NCBI GenBank assembly: GCA_046350775.1
Contig: JAXLZS010000001.1
Location: forward strand, 481,838 to 545,837
From: Minisyncoccota bacterium
Lineage (GTDB): Bacteria > Patescibacteriota > Minisyncoccia > Phycocordibacterales > UBA5272
Length of the DNA: 64,000 nucleotides
Direction of reading: 5' to 3'
The notes beneath the pieces were generated by a model, which worked only from the letters and a program-made list of their open reading frames with translations, was not told where the DNA came from and searched no databases. The position numbers and the translations under genes were made by a program. Of this stretch, positions 18,228 through 28,836 are shown piece by piece; the stretch's first letter is position 1, and every line of letters begins with the position of its first letter.

Positions 18228-20273
18228 TTATATTTCCAAAAAATCTTCTTCCCATTCATCGTCAGCAAAATCCCAATTCTTTTTCTTTAGTTTTTGAAAG
18301 GCAGTACTATTTTCTAAAGCGTTTTGATAGTAGATATCATTATGATTGACTTGACTCTCATCAAGCTCATTTACATCTTCTAAAAATTCACTAGGTAGAT
18401 TTATTTTTTTATCTCCATAAATAGTACGCATCTCCGCAAAACATAAAAACAATTTTCTTCTCGCTCTGGTGACTGCCACATAAAATAATCTCCTCTCTTC
18501 TTCCTCTTCTTCAAGACTTTTCTTTTTATTACCAATGTCCATATGTGGAAATAGGTCTTGTTCTAGGCCAACTAAAAATACATAATCAAATTCCAATCCT
18601 TTTGAAGCGTGGATGGTCATGAGTCTCACACCATTTTTATTTTCATCTTCATCATCTTGGTCACTCTTGAGTGAAGATTCTTCTAAAAATATTTCTAGAG
18701 CCTCAGCTGTATTCATCTCATCAAATTTTTTAGTGATAGTCACAAGTTCACGGATATTTTCGAGTCTGTCTTTGTCTTCACTAGACCCTTCGAGCAATTC
18801 TTTTTCTATACCAGAATCCACTATTATCATATTCATCACTTCGCTTAATTTTTTAGTACTATTTTGTATTGCTTCATTTATTTTTTCTAAAAAATTGTAG
18901 ATAGATTTCACTTTTTCTAAAACAGAAAAAGAAAGATCTGATTCTTGTCCGGCAAAGATTTTAGCAATTGTAGTTTTTCCAATTCCCTTTTTGGGAGTTT
19001 CAAATACTCTTTTGAGATCAGCTAGATTGTTTCTATTTTGGCTTGACCTTAGATAGCTCATGACATCACGCACTTCTTTTCTTTCAAAGAATTTTGTACC
19101 AAGAAGATTGTAGGGAATATTATTTTTTATCATCGCTTCTTCTAATATACGAGATTGAAAATTTGTCCTAAAAAGTACAGCCACCTCTTTTAAATCCTCT
19201 CCATTTCTTTTTAATTCTAAGATTTTTTTAGCCACAAAATCAGCCTCTGATTTTTCATCAAAAGCTGGACAGATCTCTATTTTTTCACCTTCTTTTTTAT
19301 TGGTAAATAGATTTTTTGGAAATCTGGCTTTATTTTTTTGAATAGAAACGTTCGCTAGAGTCAGTATATTTTGACTCGATCTATAATTTTCCTCTAAAAG
19401 TATAACTTTGGCACCCGGAAAATCTTTTTCAAAGTGTAAAATATTTTTCAAATTTGCACCTCTCCAAGAATATATATTTTGGTCAATATCTCCTACTACG
19501 CAGAGATTTTTTGTATTTTCATCTATCAGACACTTTACCAGTTCGTATTGAGAATTATTAGTATCCTGATACTCGTCTATATGTATATATTTAAATCTAT
19601 TTTGATAATATTTTCTGACATTTTCATTTTTTTGTAATAGCTCTACTGTCTTTATAATCAGATCATCAAAATCAGCCGCTCCCTGCTTTCGTAATTCTAT
19701 TTCGTACTGCCTCCAGACTTTTTCTATTATTTCCATGTTAAAGCTGGCCACCTTTTTCGCAAAATCTTCTACTGATTGCCAATTTGATTTTTCACGACTG
19801 ATTGCATTTTTTATTTTACTAGCGTCGTGCACTTTTGGATCAAGACCCATCGAGACTAAGATATTTTTTATTAGCGAATTCGTATCAGAAGAGTCTAATA
19901 TAGAAAGATTTTTATGAAAGTCTAATTCTTTTCCATGCTCTTTTAATATAGATAATCCAAGAGAGTGAAAAGTTTTGATAGTAGGACTGCCTATACCACG
20001 ATACATTCTAAAATTAGAAGAGCTGAAAGATTTGTTAATTAGATTCTCTTCTTCCATTCTTATTAATATTCTTTCAAGCATTTCTTTGGCTGCTTTGTTT
20101 GTGAAAGTCACACAAAGAATATTTTCTGGCTCGACTCCACTTTTTATTATTTGTATCACTCTCTCGGTGATGGTTTTAGTTTTTCCAGCTCCAGCTCCAG
20201 CCAAAATTAAAAGCGGCCCATGTATAGTTTGTACCGCTTCTAATTGTTTTTCGTTTAGAGAAATATTTTGCAT
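18228..20273 (-). CDS. pcrA: ATP-dependent DNA helicase PcrA/UvrD family
   Basis: LNEKQLEAVQ..GPLLILAGAGAGKTKTITERV (helicase motif I) and downstream UvrD-type motifs; 681 aa. Confidence 0.9.
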   Translation of the reverse strand: MQNISLNEKQLEAVQTIHGPLLILAGAGAGKTKTITERVIQIIKSGVEPENILCVTFTNKAAKEMLERILIRMEEENLINKSFSSSNFRMYRGIGSPTIKTFHSLGLSILKEHGKELDFHKNLSILDSSDTNSLIKNILVSMGLDPKVHDASKIKNAISREKSNWQSVEDFAKKVASFNMEIIEKVWRQYEIELRKQGAADFDDLIIKTVELLQKNENVRKYYQNRFKYIHIDEYQDTNNSQYELVKCLIDENTKNLCVVGDIDQNIYSWRGANLKNILHFEKDFPGAKVILLEENYRSSQNILTLANVSIQKNKARFPKNLFTNKKEGEKIEICPAFDEKSEADFVAKKILELKRNGEDLKEVAVLFRTNFQSRILEEAMIKNNIPYNLLGTKFFERKEVRDVMSYLRSSQNRNNLADLKRVFETPKKGIGKTTIAKIFAGQESDLSFSVLEKVKSIYNFLEKINEAIQNSTKKLSEVMNMIIVDSGIEKELLEGSSEDKDRLENIRELVTITKKFDEMNTAEALEIFLEESSLKSDQDDEDENKNGVRLMTIHASKGLEFDYVFLVGLEQDLFPHMDIGNKKKSLEEEEEERRLFYVAVTRARRKLFLCFAEMRTIYGDKKINLPSEFLEDVNELDESQVNHNDIYYQNALENSTAFQKLKKKNWDFADDEWEEDFLEI

Positions 20274-20294
20274 TCAAATATTCTAGCACATTTT

Positions 20295-21344
20295 TTAATT
20301 TTCTTCTCTATATTTTTTTTGATAGCATCTTTTCAAAAAGTTTTCTATATTTTCTTCTTCTTTTGGATCTATGTTTAAAGAATCCATTAGATTTATCAGT
20401 ATATTTGTCATTTTTTCCTTGTCTTCTTGATTTATATTTTTACTCTCGCCAGTTTCGTTTAAAAACTCTTCAACATTCAAATCTTTTATTTTTGAAGTGA
20501 AAATATTTTTTTTAAAAAACATGCCATCTTTTTTAAAATTATCTGAAACATTTTTTAATTTTTCTGTAATATATTCTTCTTCTTTTTCTCTAGCATTCTC
20601 TCCAAAATAATAATTTTCTATTTTTGGATCTTTTGTCTTGTGCTCCTCTTGCACTTGTTGAGTCAATGAAGAGTTTAATATTTCTTTCATGTCTTCAATA
20701 GTGTTTTTATTTTTTTGGCCTTCTCCAGATTCATTCTTTTTTTCTGTGATCACGATAGTGTACTCTTCTTCTTTATCTATATTATCTTTTATTTGGTTTT
20801 TGATATTTTTATTTATTTTTGTTTCTTCTGTAAGAGAAAATACCTCCAGATCTTTTAGCCTGTTTTCTATATCAGACAATAAAGAGTCAATTCTTTGTAT
20901 ATTTGAATTTATTTTTTCACTCAAGACACTTTCTACTTCGGATAAATTTTGATTTTGAGTTATCAGATTATCATACATTGTCTGCTCAAAATAATTTAGC
21001 TTTTCAGAGATTTGGTTTTGATTTTTTCTTTCTAGTCTTTTTTCTAAATTTTCAAATTCTTGTGAAATTTCTTTTCCCGCTATCTCGGCAAATTTTCTTA
21101 TCTCTTCACCGACTATTTTTTTTGATACATTTGTGATTTTTTGACGAAAGAGAGTGTCGCTACCCCCTTTTTCTAAATCTTTATTAATAGATAATAAATT
21201 AGAAGCCATTTTTTCTTGCAGACCAGAAGCTCTTTTAGATATTCTTTCTCTTACTTCTTCTATACTGTAAGTATTATTTTTAATATAAGGACTCTTGATA
21301 TCTAAAATATCCTCTCCATTAAAATTTTCATTATGATTATTCAT
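20295..21344 (-). CDS. Charged (E/K/N-rich) coiled-coil protein, unknown function
   Basis: Intact 349-aa ORF of low complexity, co-directional with and adjacent to pcrA. Confidence 0.45.
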   Translation of the reverse strand: MNNHNENFNGEDILDIKSPYIKNNTYSIEEVRERISKRASGLQEKMASNLLSINKDLEKGGSDTLFRQKITNVSKKIVGEEIRKFAEIAGKEISQEFENLEKRLERKNQNQISEKLNYFEQTMYDNLITQNQNLSEVESVLSEKINSNIQRIDSLLSDIENRLKDLEVFSLTEETKINKNIKNQIKDNIDKEEEYTIVITEKKNESGEGQKNKNTIEDMKEILNSSLTQQVQEEHKTKDPKIENYYFGENAREKEEEYITEKLKNVSDNFKKDGMFFKKNIFTSKIKDLNVEEFLNETGESKNINQEDKEKMTNILINLMDSLNIDPKEEENIENFLKRCYQKKYREEN

Positions 21345-21576
21345 AGCATTTTCTATTTTCTTATTATGATTATATCACAACTTAAATAATAAAATATTAA
21401 AAAACTATTTTATTATTTAAGTTTGTGGATATTTTTCTATTTCATTTTTTAATTCATAAATGTTATAATATGTATATAAAAAATAGCTAGTTTATATAGC
21501 AATTTTTAAAGACAAAAGAGATTTTTATAGAAAATTCAGAATATATATTCATCCTGCCTTTCTCTTTTATTAATTT

Positions 21577-22671
21577 ATGAAATTAAAAAATCAAACAAAT
21601 ACACCATCTCTACTAATTTTTTTTAGTACTTCTGTTTTGATTTCCTATTTTATTATAAATATTATCCCAGCCAAAGCTGGAATTTTTGAAAATATTATAA
21701 ATCTTTTTACAAGAAGCTCTTCCGCTCAAGAAAATAATACCAAAGACTCTCTTAGTGATAATGATCTATTGAGGCCTACAATAAATTCATACATAGCAAA
21801 AGATTCATCATCTTCCAAATCTAAAAATAAAGACGAAGAAGACTCTGAAGATATAAACATAAGTGAAGATGGTCTTTTGGTCGTACAATCTGGCCCAATG
21901 CGTCTTTCTACAGAAAAGGAAAAGCCGATAAGCGACACAATTAGTCTTTATGAAGTAAAAAAGGGAGACACTCTTGATACTGTCGCCAGTCTTTTTGGGG
22001 TTAGTAAAAATACTATTATTTGGGCGAATAATTTAAAAAGTAAAAAGCTTACAGTTGGAGACTCTCTACTTATTTTCCCTATTACAGGTGTGCAATATAC
22101 GGCCAAAGGATCTACCAGTCTTGCTGCTATAGCAAAAAAATATGGAGCAGATGCAGAAGAGATAGCCGAATACAACGGTATCAGCATAGATGCTAAATTG
22201 GCTAAAGGAGATGTCATTTTTATACCTGATGCAGAAATGGAATTAGAAGTTGATATTACAAAAAATAAAACTACAACTACTAAAAAGGTAGTCACTCCTA
22301 AGTATAAAAATAATGTAGTAGCTGGATATTTTATGAAGCCAGTATCTGGATGTGTGAGAACTCAAGGACTTCATGGTCCATATGGCACAGCTATAGATTT
22401 TGGTTGTAAGGTTGGTACTTCAATAGTTGCTGCAGCTGATGGGGTTGTCATCCGAGCAGCATCCAGTGGATATAATGGAGGATATGGTGAAGTGGTGATC
22501 ATATCTCATCCAAATGGAACTCAGACAATCTATGCCCACCTATCTCAAGTCAGTGTATCAAATGGACAAAAAGTGTCTCAAGGTCAAGTAATAGGTGCTA
22601 CAGGAAATACTGGTCGCTCAACAGGTCCACATCTTCACTTTGAGACTCGTGGTACGACAAATCCATTTTAA
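21577..22671 (+). CDS. Secreted LysM-domain M23 family metallopeptidase (peptidoglycan endopeptidase)
   Basis: N-terminal signal. LysM motif YEVKKGDTLDTVASLFGVSKNTIIWANNL and a second LysM-like segment. M23 motifs HGPYGTAIDF and GNTGRSTGPHLHFE. Confidence 0.85.
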   Translation: MKLKNQTNTPSLLIFFSTSVLISYFIINIIPAKAGIFENIINLFTRSSSAQENNTKDSLSDNDLLRPTINSYIAKDSSSSKSKNKDEEDSEDINISEDGLLVVQSGPMRLSTEKEKPISDTISLYEVKKGDTLDTVASLFGVSKNTIIWANNLKSKKLTVGDSLLIFPITGVQYTAKGSTSLAAIAKKYGADAEEIAEYNGISIDAKLAKGDVIFIPDAEMELEVDITKNKTTTTKKVVTPKYKNNVVAGYFMKPVSGCVRTQGLHGPYGTAIDFGCKVGTSIVAAADGVVIRAASSGYNGGYGEVVIISHPNGTQTIYAHLSQVSVSNGQKVSQGQVIGATGNTGRSTGPHLHFETRGTTNPF

Positions 22672-22738
22672 TAAAGCATTTTAAATGAAAATATGTTATA
22701 TTTTTATAAATTACTAAGTTATTATTTAAAATAAAAAT

Positions 22739-22864
22739 ATGGCAAAAAGAGCAACAAGTGTAGGAAACAATAAAAAATCTCATTCACACAAAACAAAGAA
22801 AAGATTAGCAATAAAAAAGGAAACTTTAGCAGCATTAGCTGCTAAAAGAAAAAAGAGAAAGTAA
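22739..22864 (+). CDS. Small very basic 41-aa protein (MAKRATSVGNNKKSHSHKTKKR…), possibly a ribosomal bL32-like protein
   Basis: ORF below the track's length threshold. The MA-KR-TS start and K/R/H richness resemble bL32 N-termini. It is followed directly by a strong intrinsic terminator. The call is weak. Confidence 0.3.
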   Translation: MAKRATSVGNNKKSHSHKTKKRLAIKKETLAALAAKRKKRK

Positions 22865-22870
22865 AAAACA

Positions 22871-22906
22871 AAAACCGCTTCAAATTTAAGAAGCGGTTTT
22901 TGTTTT
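22871..22906. terminator. Bidirectional rho-independent terminator (aaaaccgcttc-aaattta-gaagcggtttttgtttt)
   Basis: Perfect 8-bp GC-containing stem with A-run upstream and T-run downstream, between convergent genes. Confidence 0.8.
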
Positions 22907-22928
22907 ATTTTATACCAGTTTCTTTAAT

Positions 22929-23459
22929 CTATTTTTCGTAAAGTGGCCAATTATTTTTTATATATTCAATTGTAATTATTGTTTTTGCGTCTTCAAATGG
23001 GTATGCCAACAATTCGTTGATAGAAAATTTGACTGTTTCTATTTGTTCTCCTTCATGATCAAGCCCTCCACCCTTTCCAATTTTATTTGATACAAACGCA
23101 ATGTAGATACCAATTTTTTCTGTAGAGCCACCAGGAGAGAGATAACATTTTGTCACAAAGTCTAGGTGGTCTACCTGATAGCCCACCTCTTCGATAATTT
23201 CTCGAGAAATTGCATCTTCATTAGATTCATTTTCATCTATCACACCGGCAACAAGTTCTAAAATTTCTTTTTTTGCACCAGGGCGCCACTGCTTTACAAG
23301 AATAAACTTTTTTGTTTCCTTGTCGTACACAAGAGCACAAACTGTGTTTTTTCTTTCTACAACAATTCTGGAATAGATAGCACCCTTTTTTGTTTCAACA
23401 GTTAGTTCGTTGAGATCAAAAAATCCTTTGTAAATATTTTTTGTTTTAATTATTTTCAT
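22929..23459 (-). CDS. NUDIX hydrolase (ADP-ribose pyrophosphatase-like)
   Basis: Nudix box GVIDENESNEDAISREIIEEVGY (GX5EX7REUXEEXGU). Confidence 0.8.
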   Translation of the reverse strand: MKIIKTKNIYKGFFDLNELTVETKKGAIYSRIVVERKNTVCALVYDKETKKFILVKQWRPGAKKEILELVAGVIDENESNEDAISREIIEEVGYQVDHLDFVTKCYLSPGGSTEKIGIYIAFVSNKIGKGGGLDHEGEQIETVKFSINELLAYPFEDAKTIITIEYIKNNWPLYEK

Positions 23460-24268
23460 ATACTTTTGTTATATAACTCTTTTACTCTACGAATGTGTGT
23501 TTTTTGCTCAGTAAAGTAATCTTTGCTGAAATAAGGGTTTGGAACATAAATATCTCGCTCGACAAACCCTTTTTCTGAAATTAAGTGCCCAGAAACACGT
23601 TGCACTAATTCGTAAGGAGTAATCCAAAACTGAGGATTTACATTTGTTCCAAATATAAATGGACGTTCTAGCATCTCATCAGCCGCACACAAAGTACTTG
23701 TGTTAAATAAGTAAAAATTAATATTAGAATATTTTTGTTTTATACTTCTAGAATAGTTTTTAACTATCTCGCGTGATTTCCAAAAGGATTGAAAACAATT
23801 AAGCTTGTATGGATCAGCAAGAGACCCAAAGGAAATAATATTAATTTTTTTAATCTTAATAAGCTCACTTTCAATAATATTTGAAACAATATATTTATAT
23901 GTATCTGCCACAAGAGATCTCACGTCATTATCAATACCGTCAATATCATTTTCAATGATGATCTTACCCTTCTCGTCAAGTTCAGTTTTAAACTCTCCTA
24001 CTAGATGAAAATATGAGATACTTTCATATTGTTGCTTTGGAATTTTTGAGACAAATGAATGTATATCTGAGTTATTAGTAAGATCAACGTTTACAATTAA
24101 ATTATGATTTGGAAGTGATTTAAAATCGTGAATAGGTATTCCCTTTCTGGAGATGCCATATATGATAGTATTTGGTTCAATAATGTATTTACGTAAAAAT
24201 TCTTGCCCCATTGATCCGGTAACTCCAGAAATAATTATTAATTTTTTCATATTTTTTTTAATTAACAC
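23456..24268 (-). CDS. NAD(P)-binding Rossmann-fold protein (atypical SDR/epimerase-like)
   Basis: N-terminal IIISGVTGSMGQEF glycine-rich dinucleotide-binding motif. It overlaps the NUDIX gene start by 4 nt, so it is operonic. Confidence 0.5.
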   Translation of the reverse strand: MLIKKNMKKLIIISGVTGSMGQEFLRKYIIEPNTIIYGISRKGIPIHDFKSLPNHNLIVNVDLTNNSDIHSFVSKIPKQQYESISYFHLVGEFKTELDEKGKIIIENDIDGIDNDVRSLVADTYKYIVSNIIESELIKIKKINIISFGSLADPYKLNCFQSFWKSREIVKNYSRSIKQKYSNINFYLFNTSTLCAADEMLERPFIFGTNVNPQFWITPYELVQRVSGHLISEKGFVERDIYVPNPYFSKDYFTEQKTHIRRVKELYNKSI

Positions 24269-24394
24269 TATATTATTAATATGTCAAGTATATTATTAAT
24301 ACGAATTAATATCAAAAAAAAGCTTTATTTTAAATAGCTAGTAAACTAACAGTTGACTAGCTATTTACTTTTTGTTATATTATATTCTAATAAT

Positions 24395-25225
24395 ATGTTT
24401 AAAAAACAAAAGAAAATAGAAGATTTAATATTAGAAATATTAATAGAAGGAAAAATAAGCACTCTGGACTTAATAAAAAGAATTCTCAAGATACTTCCCT
24501 ATTCTAGTAAGCAAGCAATATATAAATCTTTAAAAGATCTAAGAGAAAATGAAATAGTTATTTATAAAAGAGAAGAGGTCTCTCTATCTTCTCTTTGGCT
24601 CAAAAGGGTCAGTGAATTTTTAGAAAAAGCAGAGCAAGAATATAAAGTTGATGATGGAAGAATAAATATTCTTTCTTTAAAAGAAGGGGAAAAAGTTTCT
24701 TATCAATTTAATAGTTTTTATAATACTGATATTTTTTGGGCTCATGCATTTAATTTAATGTATGATGGAACAAACAAAGATACAAATGTCTTGATTTATA
24801 ATCCGCACGAGTGGTTTTTACTTGTCCGTGAAGAAAGTGAGACTTATCTTTTTAATAAATTTATAACAGATGATAGAAAATTATTTAATTATGTCCCAGA
24901 AATAGACCCGTTAGACAAATTTGTATCAAAATATTTTGATCAAAAAAATATTAAATATTATTCTAATAATAAACATCATTTTAAAAATAAAAATTACTAT
25001 GTAAATGTATTTGGAGATTTTATTATTGAAGCATGGCTTGATAAAAAAGTTTCTAATGAGATAGATAAATTTTATAAAGAAACAAAAGAATTTAGCGAAG
25101 AAGCAAAAGTAAAATTATTAGAAATAGTAAATAAAAAAGGAAAAAGTAGACTGCAAATTAGTAAAAATAAAAAGAAAGCACAAGAAATCAGAAAGATTTT
25201 TGAAAAGTATTTTATTTTTAATTAA
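24395..25225 (+). CDS. Hypothetical protein with a possible N-terminal winged-helix region
   Basis: The track ORF starts at 24353, but TTGACT-17nt-TATATT promoter-like boxes at 24351-24379 lie inside that extension. The Met at 24395 (MFKKQKK…) is the more plausible start. Confidence 0.5.
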   Translation: MFKKQKKIEDLILEILIEGKISTLDLIKRILKILPYSSKQAIYKSLKDLRENEIVIYKREEVSLSSLWLKRVSEFLEKAEQEYKVDDGRINILSLKEGEKVSYQFNSFYNTDIFWAHAFNLMYDGTNKDTNVLIYNPHEWFLLVREESETYLFNKFITDDRKLFNYVPEIDPLDKFVSKYFDQKNIKYYSNNKHHFKNKNYYVNVFGDFIIEAWLDKKVSNEIDKFYKETKEFSEEAKVKLLEIVNKKGKSRLQISKNKKKAQEIRKIFEKYFIFN

Positions 25226-26784
25226 TCACTAATTTTTGGTCTATATTGCAAGGCTTCTAGTATATGAGCTATCTCTATATTATCTTTTTCATCAAGATCG
25301 GCTATAGTTCTCGCTACTTTTAATACTCTATGATAAGCACGAGGCGAAAGATGAAGTTTTGTGGCATAAAGATCCAGCTCCCTCTTTGTCTCAGCGGTCA
25401 ATCCAGAAAAATTAGAAATATCCTTTGAGTTCATATCACGATTTAGATCTATTTTGATATTTTCTTTTTCAAATCTTTCTTTCATTTTATTTCTGGCTTT
25501 ATTTATTTTTTCTTTAAATGTTTTACTACTTTCGCCACTCACCTCTTTTGTACCAAGTTCATCATAAGAAATATTTGAGACCGAGACCCACATATCAATA
25601 CGATCCATGATTGGCCCTGAAAGTTTTCTTTCATATCTCGCGATATCATTTGGTGTACAAATACATTTTTTATCTTTATTTCCTTTATTGCCACATGGGC
25701 ATGGATTCATAGCTGCTATCAGCATAAATTTTGCTGGAAATCTTTCCGTACCCTTTGCGCGAGAAATAGATATATATCCTTCTTCGAGTGGCTCACGAAG
25801 TGCTTCTATAGTTTTCTTTTCAAATTCTGGAAATTCGTCCAGGAAAAGTACTCCACCATGAGCAAGTGTCACCTCGCCTGGCTTTGGAGTTGATCCTCCG
25901 CCAACAAGTGAGACATAACTCGATGTATGATGAGGAGAGCGAAATGGTGCTTTTAATATTAAATTATTTTTTGAGATTTCATTTGAGCCTGCTATCGAAT
26001 GTATCCTGGTGACTTCTAAAATATTTTTATAATCAAGATCTGGCAATAGTGCTCTGGCTGCTCTTGCGAGCATGGTCTTGCCTGTGCCTGGTGGTCCGTA
26101 CATGGCTAGATTGTGTCCTCCGGCTGTCGCGACGAGGAGCGCTCTCTTGGCGGCGGTCTGACCTTTCACATCTTGCATATCTATTTCTACTATCTCTTCA
26201 CTGTATTTTTCTTGAAATTTTTTAGGATCTGTAGCGGGAGTTTTTAAAATTTTCTTTTTTCCAGAAACGTGATTTATCACATCTTCAAGATTTTCTACTC
26301 CATAAATATCTATATTTTTTACAAGAGCAGCTTCTTCTTCGTTTTCTTTTGGTAAAAATAAATTTTTAATTTTATTTTTTTCAGCTAATTCAGCTAATGC
26401 TAGAGCGCCCTTTAATTTTCCAACTGTCCCCTTTAAAGATAGTTCACCAACGAACATCGAGTCATTTATTTCTTGCTCGTTAAATTCTATTTCCTTATTA
26501 GCAAGAAGATAAGATATGGCGATAGGTAAATCAAAATTTGTCCCTTCTTTTTTTAAATCTCCTGGCGCGAGTGAGATTGTTGTCCTGTGTGCAGACTGTT
26601 GAGGATTACTGTATTTTGCATTGCGGAGTGCGGCGCAAACTCTGTCTTTACTTTCATCTATTGCTTTATCACCAAGACCAATAAGAGAAAAAGCACTGAT
26701 TCCTCTACCAATGTCACATTCTACTTTTATAAGTTGCGCTTTTAGTCCAATTATTAATCCTGATTTTATTGAAATAAAAGACAT
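25222..26784 (-). CDS. comM: YifB/ComM family Mg-chelatase-like AAA+ ATPase
   Basis: N-terminal Lon-protease-like domain (GLIIGLKAQLIKVECDIGRGISAFSLIGLGDKAIDESKDRV), Walker A GPPGTGKTMLA and a C-terminal MgChl-type domain. Confidence 0.85.
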   Translation of the reverse strand: MSFISIKSGLIIGLKAQLIKVECDIGRGISAFSLIGLGDKAIDESKDRVCAALRNAKYSNPQQSAHRTTISLAPGDLKKEGTNFDLPIAISYLLANKEIEFNEQEINDSMFVGELSLKGTVGKLKGALALAELAEKNKIKNLFLPKENEEEAALVKNIDIYGVENLEDVINHVSGKKKILKTPATDPKKFQEKYSEEIVEIDMQDVKGQTAAKRALLVATAGGHNLAMYGPPGTGKTMLARAARALLPDLDYKNILEVTRIHSIAGSNEISKNNLILKAPFRSPHHTSSYVSLVGGGSTPKPGEVTLAHGGVLFLDEFPEFEKKTIEALREPLEEGYISISRAKGTERFPAKFMLIAAMNPCPCGNKGNKDKKCICTPNDIARYERKLSGPIMDRIDMWVSVSNISYDELGTKEVSGESSKTFKEKINKARNKMKERFEKENIKIDLNRDMNSKDISNFSGLTAETKRELDLYATKLHLSPRAYHRVLKVARTIADLDEKDNIEIAHILEALQYRPKISD

Positions 26785-26792
26785 AATTTTAT

Positions 26793-27677
26793 TTATTGTA
26801 AGCTATCAATAGCATCAAAAAAATCTTTGAGTGAAGTAGCAAATATTACATAGTTATTATTTTTGGCATATCCGTAAATAAGTGTGACTACTCCAGCATT
26901 AGCAATCTGAAAATCTTGATTGTTTAAAGTCTTACTTTCCCAGACTAATTTATCACCAGAAATTGGTGCTTGAGGTGCAAAAGAATTTAAAGCGCTATTG
27001 ATTTGTTTTTGTAAGTTTGTAGGATCGAAAAAGTTTACAACTTGCTCCAAAGAGCTCGATGTGGAATTGATATTTATACTTGTACTGCTATTTAAATTAT
27101 TATCACTACTTGTGGATATGACAGCATTTAAGTCTATATTATCTGCCGCTATTTGCTCTAGATTAAAAGTCTGTACCAGGTCTCGTCCAAGATCTTTTTG
27201 GTGCGATAATATATATGCATAAAGTTGGCTATAATTGTCTATCCCAGTACTAGGATCGTTTGGCTTGATAGTCAGTATTATGAGATTATTATTTTGAGTG
27301 GAGGTCTTTATGTATGGAGCTATTCCTATAGCAAGATTTGGAAATAGTTGATTGATACTATTTTTATCATAGCTTGACTGGTCTGCTAATTTTTTCATCT
27401 CTTCTGCTTGTTTGTTTATCAAGTCTTGTGCTTGCTTTGCTTTGTAATTTGTATAAAAATAATATCCTACAGCCGATACAGATCCTAAGACAAACAAAAT
27501 AGACACAAGTGTAAGAATTTTTTTTGTAATAGAGCTTCCACCATCAGTATTTTCTGATACCAAGATACTATTTGTACCAACAATTTTTTCCACTCCTCCA
27601 GTGATTGGAGCTTCGTCAAAATTTCTATTTTCATTTACATCGTCTTCAAATGTGTGAATAGTTGGTATGTATGCCAT
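26793..27677 (-). CDS. Bitopic membrane protein, unknown function
   Basis: Single TM (ILTLVSILFVLGSVSAVGYYFY) after a ~50-aa N-terminus; N/S-rich ectodomain. Confidence 0.45.
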   Translation of the reverse strand: MAYIPTIHTFEDDVNENRNFDEAPITGGVEKIVGTNSILVSENTDGGSSITKKILTLVSILFVLGSVSAVGYYFYTNYKAKQAQDLINKQAEEMKKLADQSSYDKNSINQLFPNLAIGIAPYIKTSTQNNNLIILTIKPNDPSTGIDNYSQLYAYILSHQKDLGRDLVQTFNLEQIAADNIDLNAVISTSSDNNLNSSTSININSTSSSLEQVVNFFDPTNLQKQINSALNSFAPQAPISGDKLVWESKTLNNQDFQIANAGVVTLIYGYAKNNNYVIFATSLKDFFDAIDSLQ

Positions 27678-27794
27678 AAATATATTTTATCACGTTTTAT
27701 TTAAGAAAATTTTTATCTTGCTATTATTTTCTGTTTATATTAGTATAAAGTCAGTCTTGTAATTTATTTTTAACCTAAAACAATCATTAATAAA

Positions 27795-28778
27795 ATGAGA
27801 AGTTTAAAATTTCTTTTGCTAGGAGTTGTTTTTATTTTTCTGTTTGTCGGCTTGCCGGTTTATCTTTTTACAAAATCGGTCTTTATTACCAAAATGGTAA
27901 TTCTTTTTATTGCTGGTTTCTATCTTGGTTTTTTGAGTTTGGTGCATTGGCTGAAAAAGATTTTTCACAACAGATCAATTTCAATCATTTTGGATGGTAT
28001 TTCTACTATACTTATAGTGGTGATATCTATACCTATAATGATAGTATTACGATATGTTTGGTTGTTTCTGTTAAAATATTTTCCTGAAAGTAGGTACAAG
28101 TATTCACACTTTATAATTACCGGGATATTATTTTTAATAGGAATAAAGCTCAAGTTTGAAGGAAAATTTTGCCTTGATGCAAAAATTGCCATCTTTAACC
28201 ATTCAAGCCCTTTAGATTATCTCCTTATTCCTTATTTTATGCCAATGCTGCCTTATAATATTGTAGCAGGTATAAATCTTAAGAACAACAAAAAAACATT
28301 AGAAGATAAGGTTGTTTCTTGGTTTATAGGCGACATTATAAAAGATTGTCTGATTCCTGTAGACAGAGAAGATGACATTTCAAAAATGAAAGCATATAAA
28401 ACCATGTTAAGGGAATTAGGAAAAGGAAAGATTGTAGGACTTTCTCCTGAAGAGGGTAGGATTTCGAAGAAACTGGTAAATAAAGGATCTGTATTAAAAC
28501 CCGAAGAAGAGTTTTCTGAAAGTGCTTTTAGAGCCTCATTTAAGTATGGTTATAAAATTCAAGTTGTTATGCTTGATTGGCCGGTTATTTGGTTCGGAAA
28601 AGACGATGAGCGTTTTGGTATCCATCCCACAACTATCAGAATATCTTACACAACAGTACTTTCTCAAAAAGATTTTAAATCTAAAGAAGATATGAGAGAA
28701 TATTGTTATGATTTGATGGAGCAAAAACTTTCTTCATCAAAAAACGTTCAAAGATTCCTAAAAGAATTACAAAAGTAA
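27795..28778 (+). CDS. Membrane-anchored PlsC-family acyltransferase (lysophospholipid acyltransferase-like)
   Basis: N-terminal multi-TM region followed by an FNHSSPLDYLL acyltransferase motif (HX4D) and a downstream PEEGRIS (PEGTR-like) motif. Confidence 0.6.
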   Translation: MRSLKFLLLGVVFIFLFVGLPVYLFTKSVFITKMVILFIAGFYLGFLSLVHWLKKIFHNRSISIILDGISTILIVVISIPIMIVLRYVWLFLLKYFPESRYKYSHFIITGILFLIGIKLKFEGKFCLDAKIAIFNHSSPLDYLLIPYFMPMLPYNIVAGINLKNNKKTLEDKVVSWFIGDIIKDCLIPVDREDDISKMKAYKTMLRELGKGKIVGLSPEEGRISKKLVNKGSVLKPEEEFSESAFRASFKYGYKIQVVMLDWPVIWFGKDDERFGIHPTTIRISYTTVLSQKDFKSKEDMREYCYDLMEQKLSSSKNVQRFLKELQK

Positions 28779-28800
28779 GAAAGAAAAAACAAACCAATAA

Positions 28801-28836
28801 GGTCAGGACACATTAGTTCTGACCTTTTTTATTTCT
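28801..28836. terminator. Intrinsic terminator (ggtcaggacacattagttctgacctttttt)
   Basis: 7-bp stem plus T-run immediately after the acyltransferase stop codon. Confidence 0.7.
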
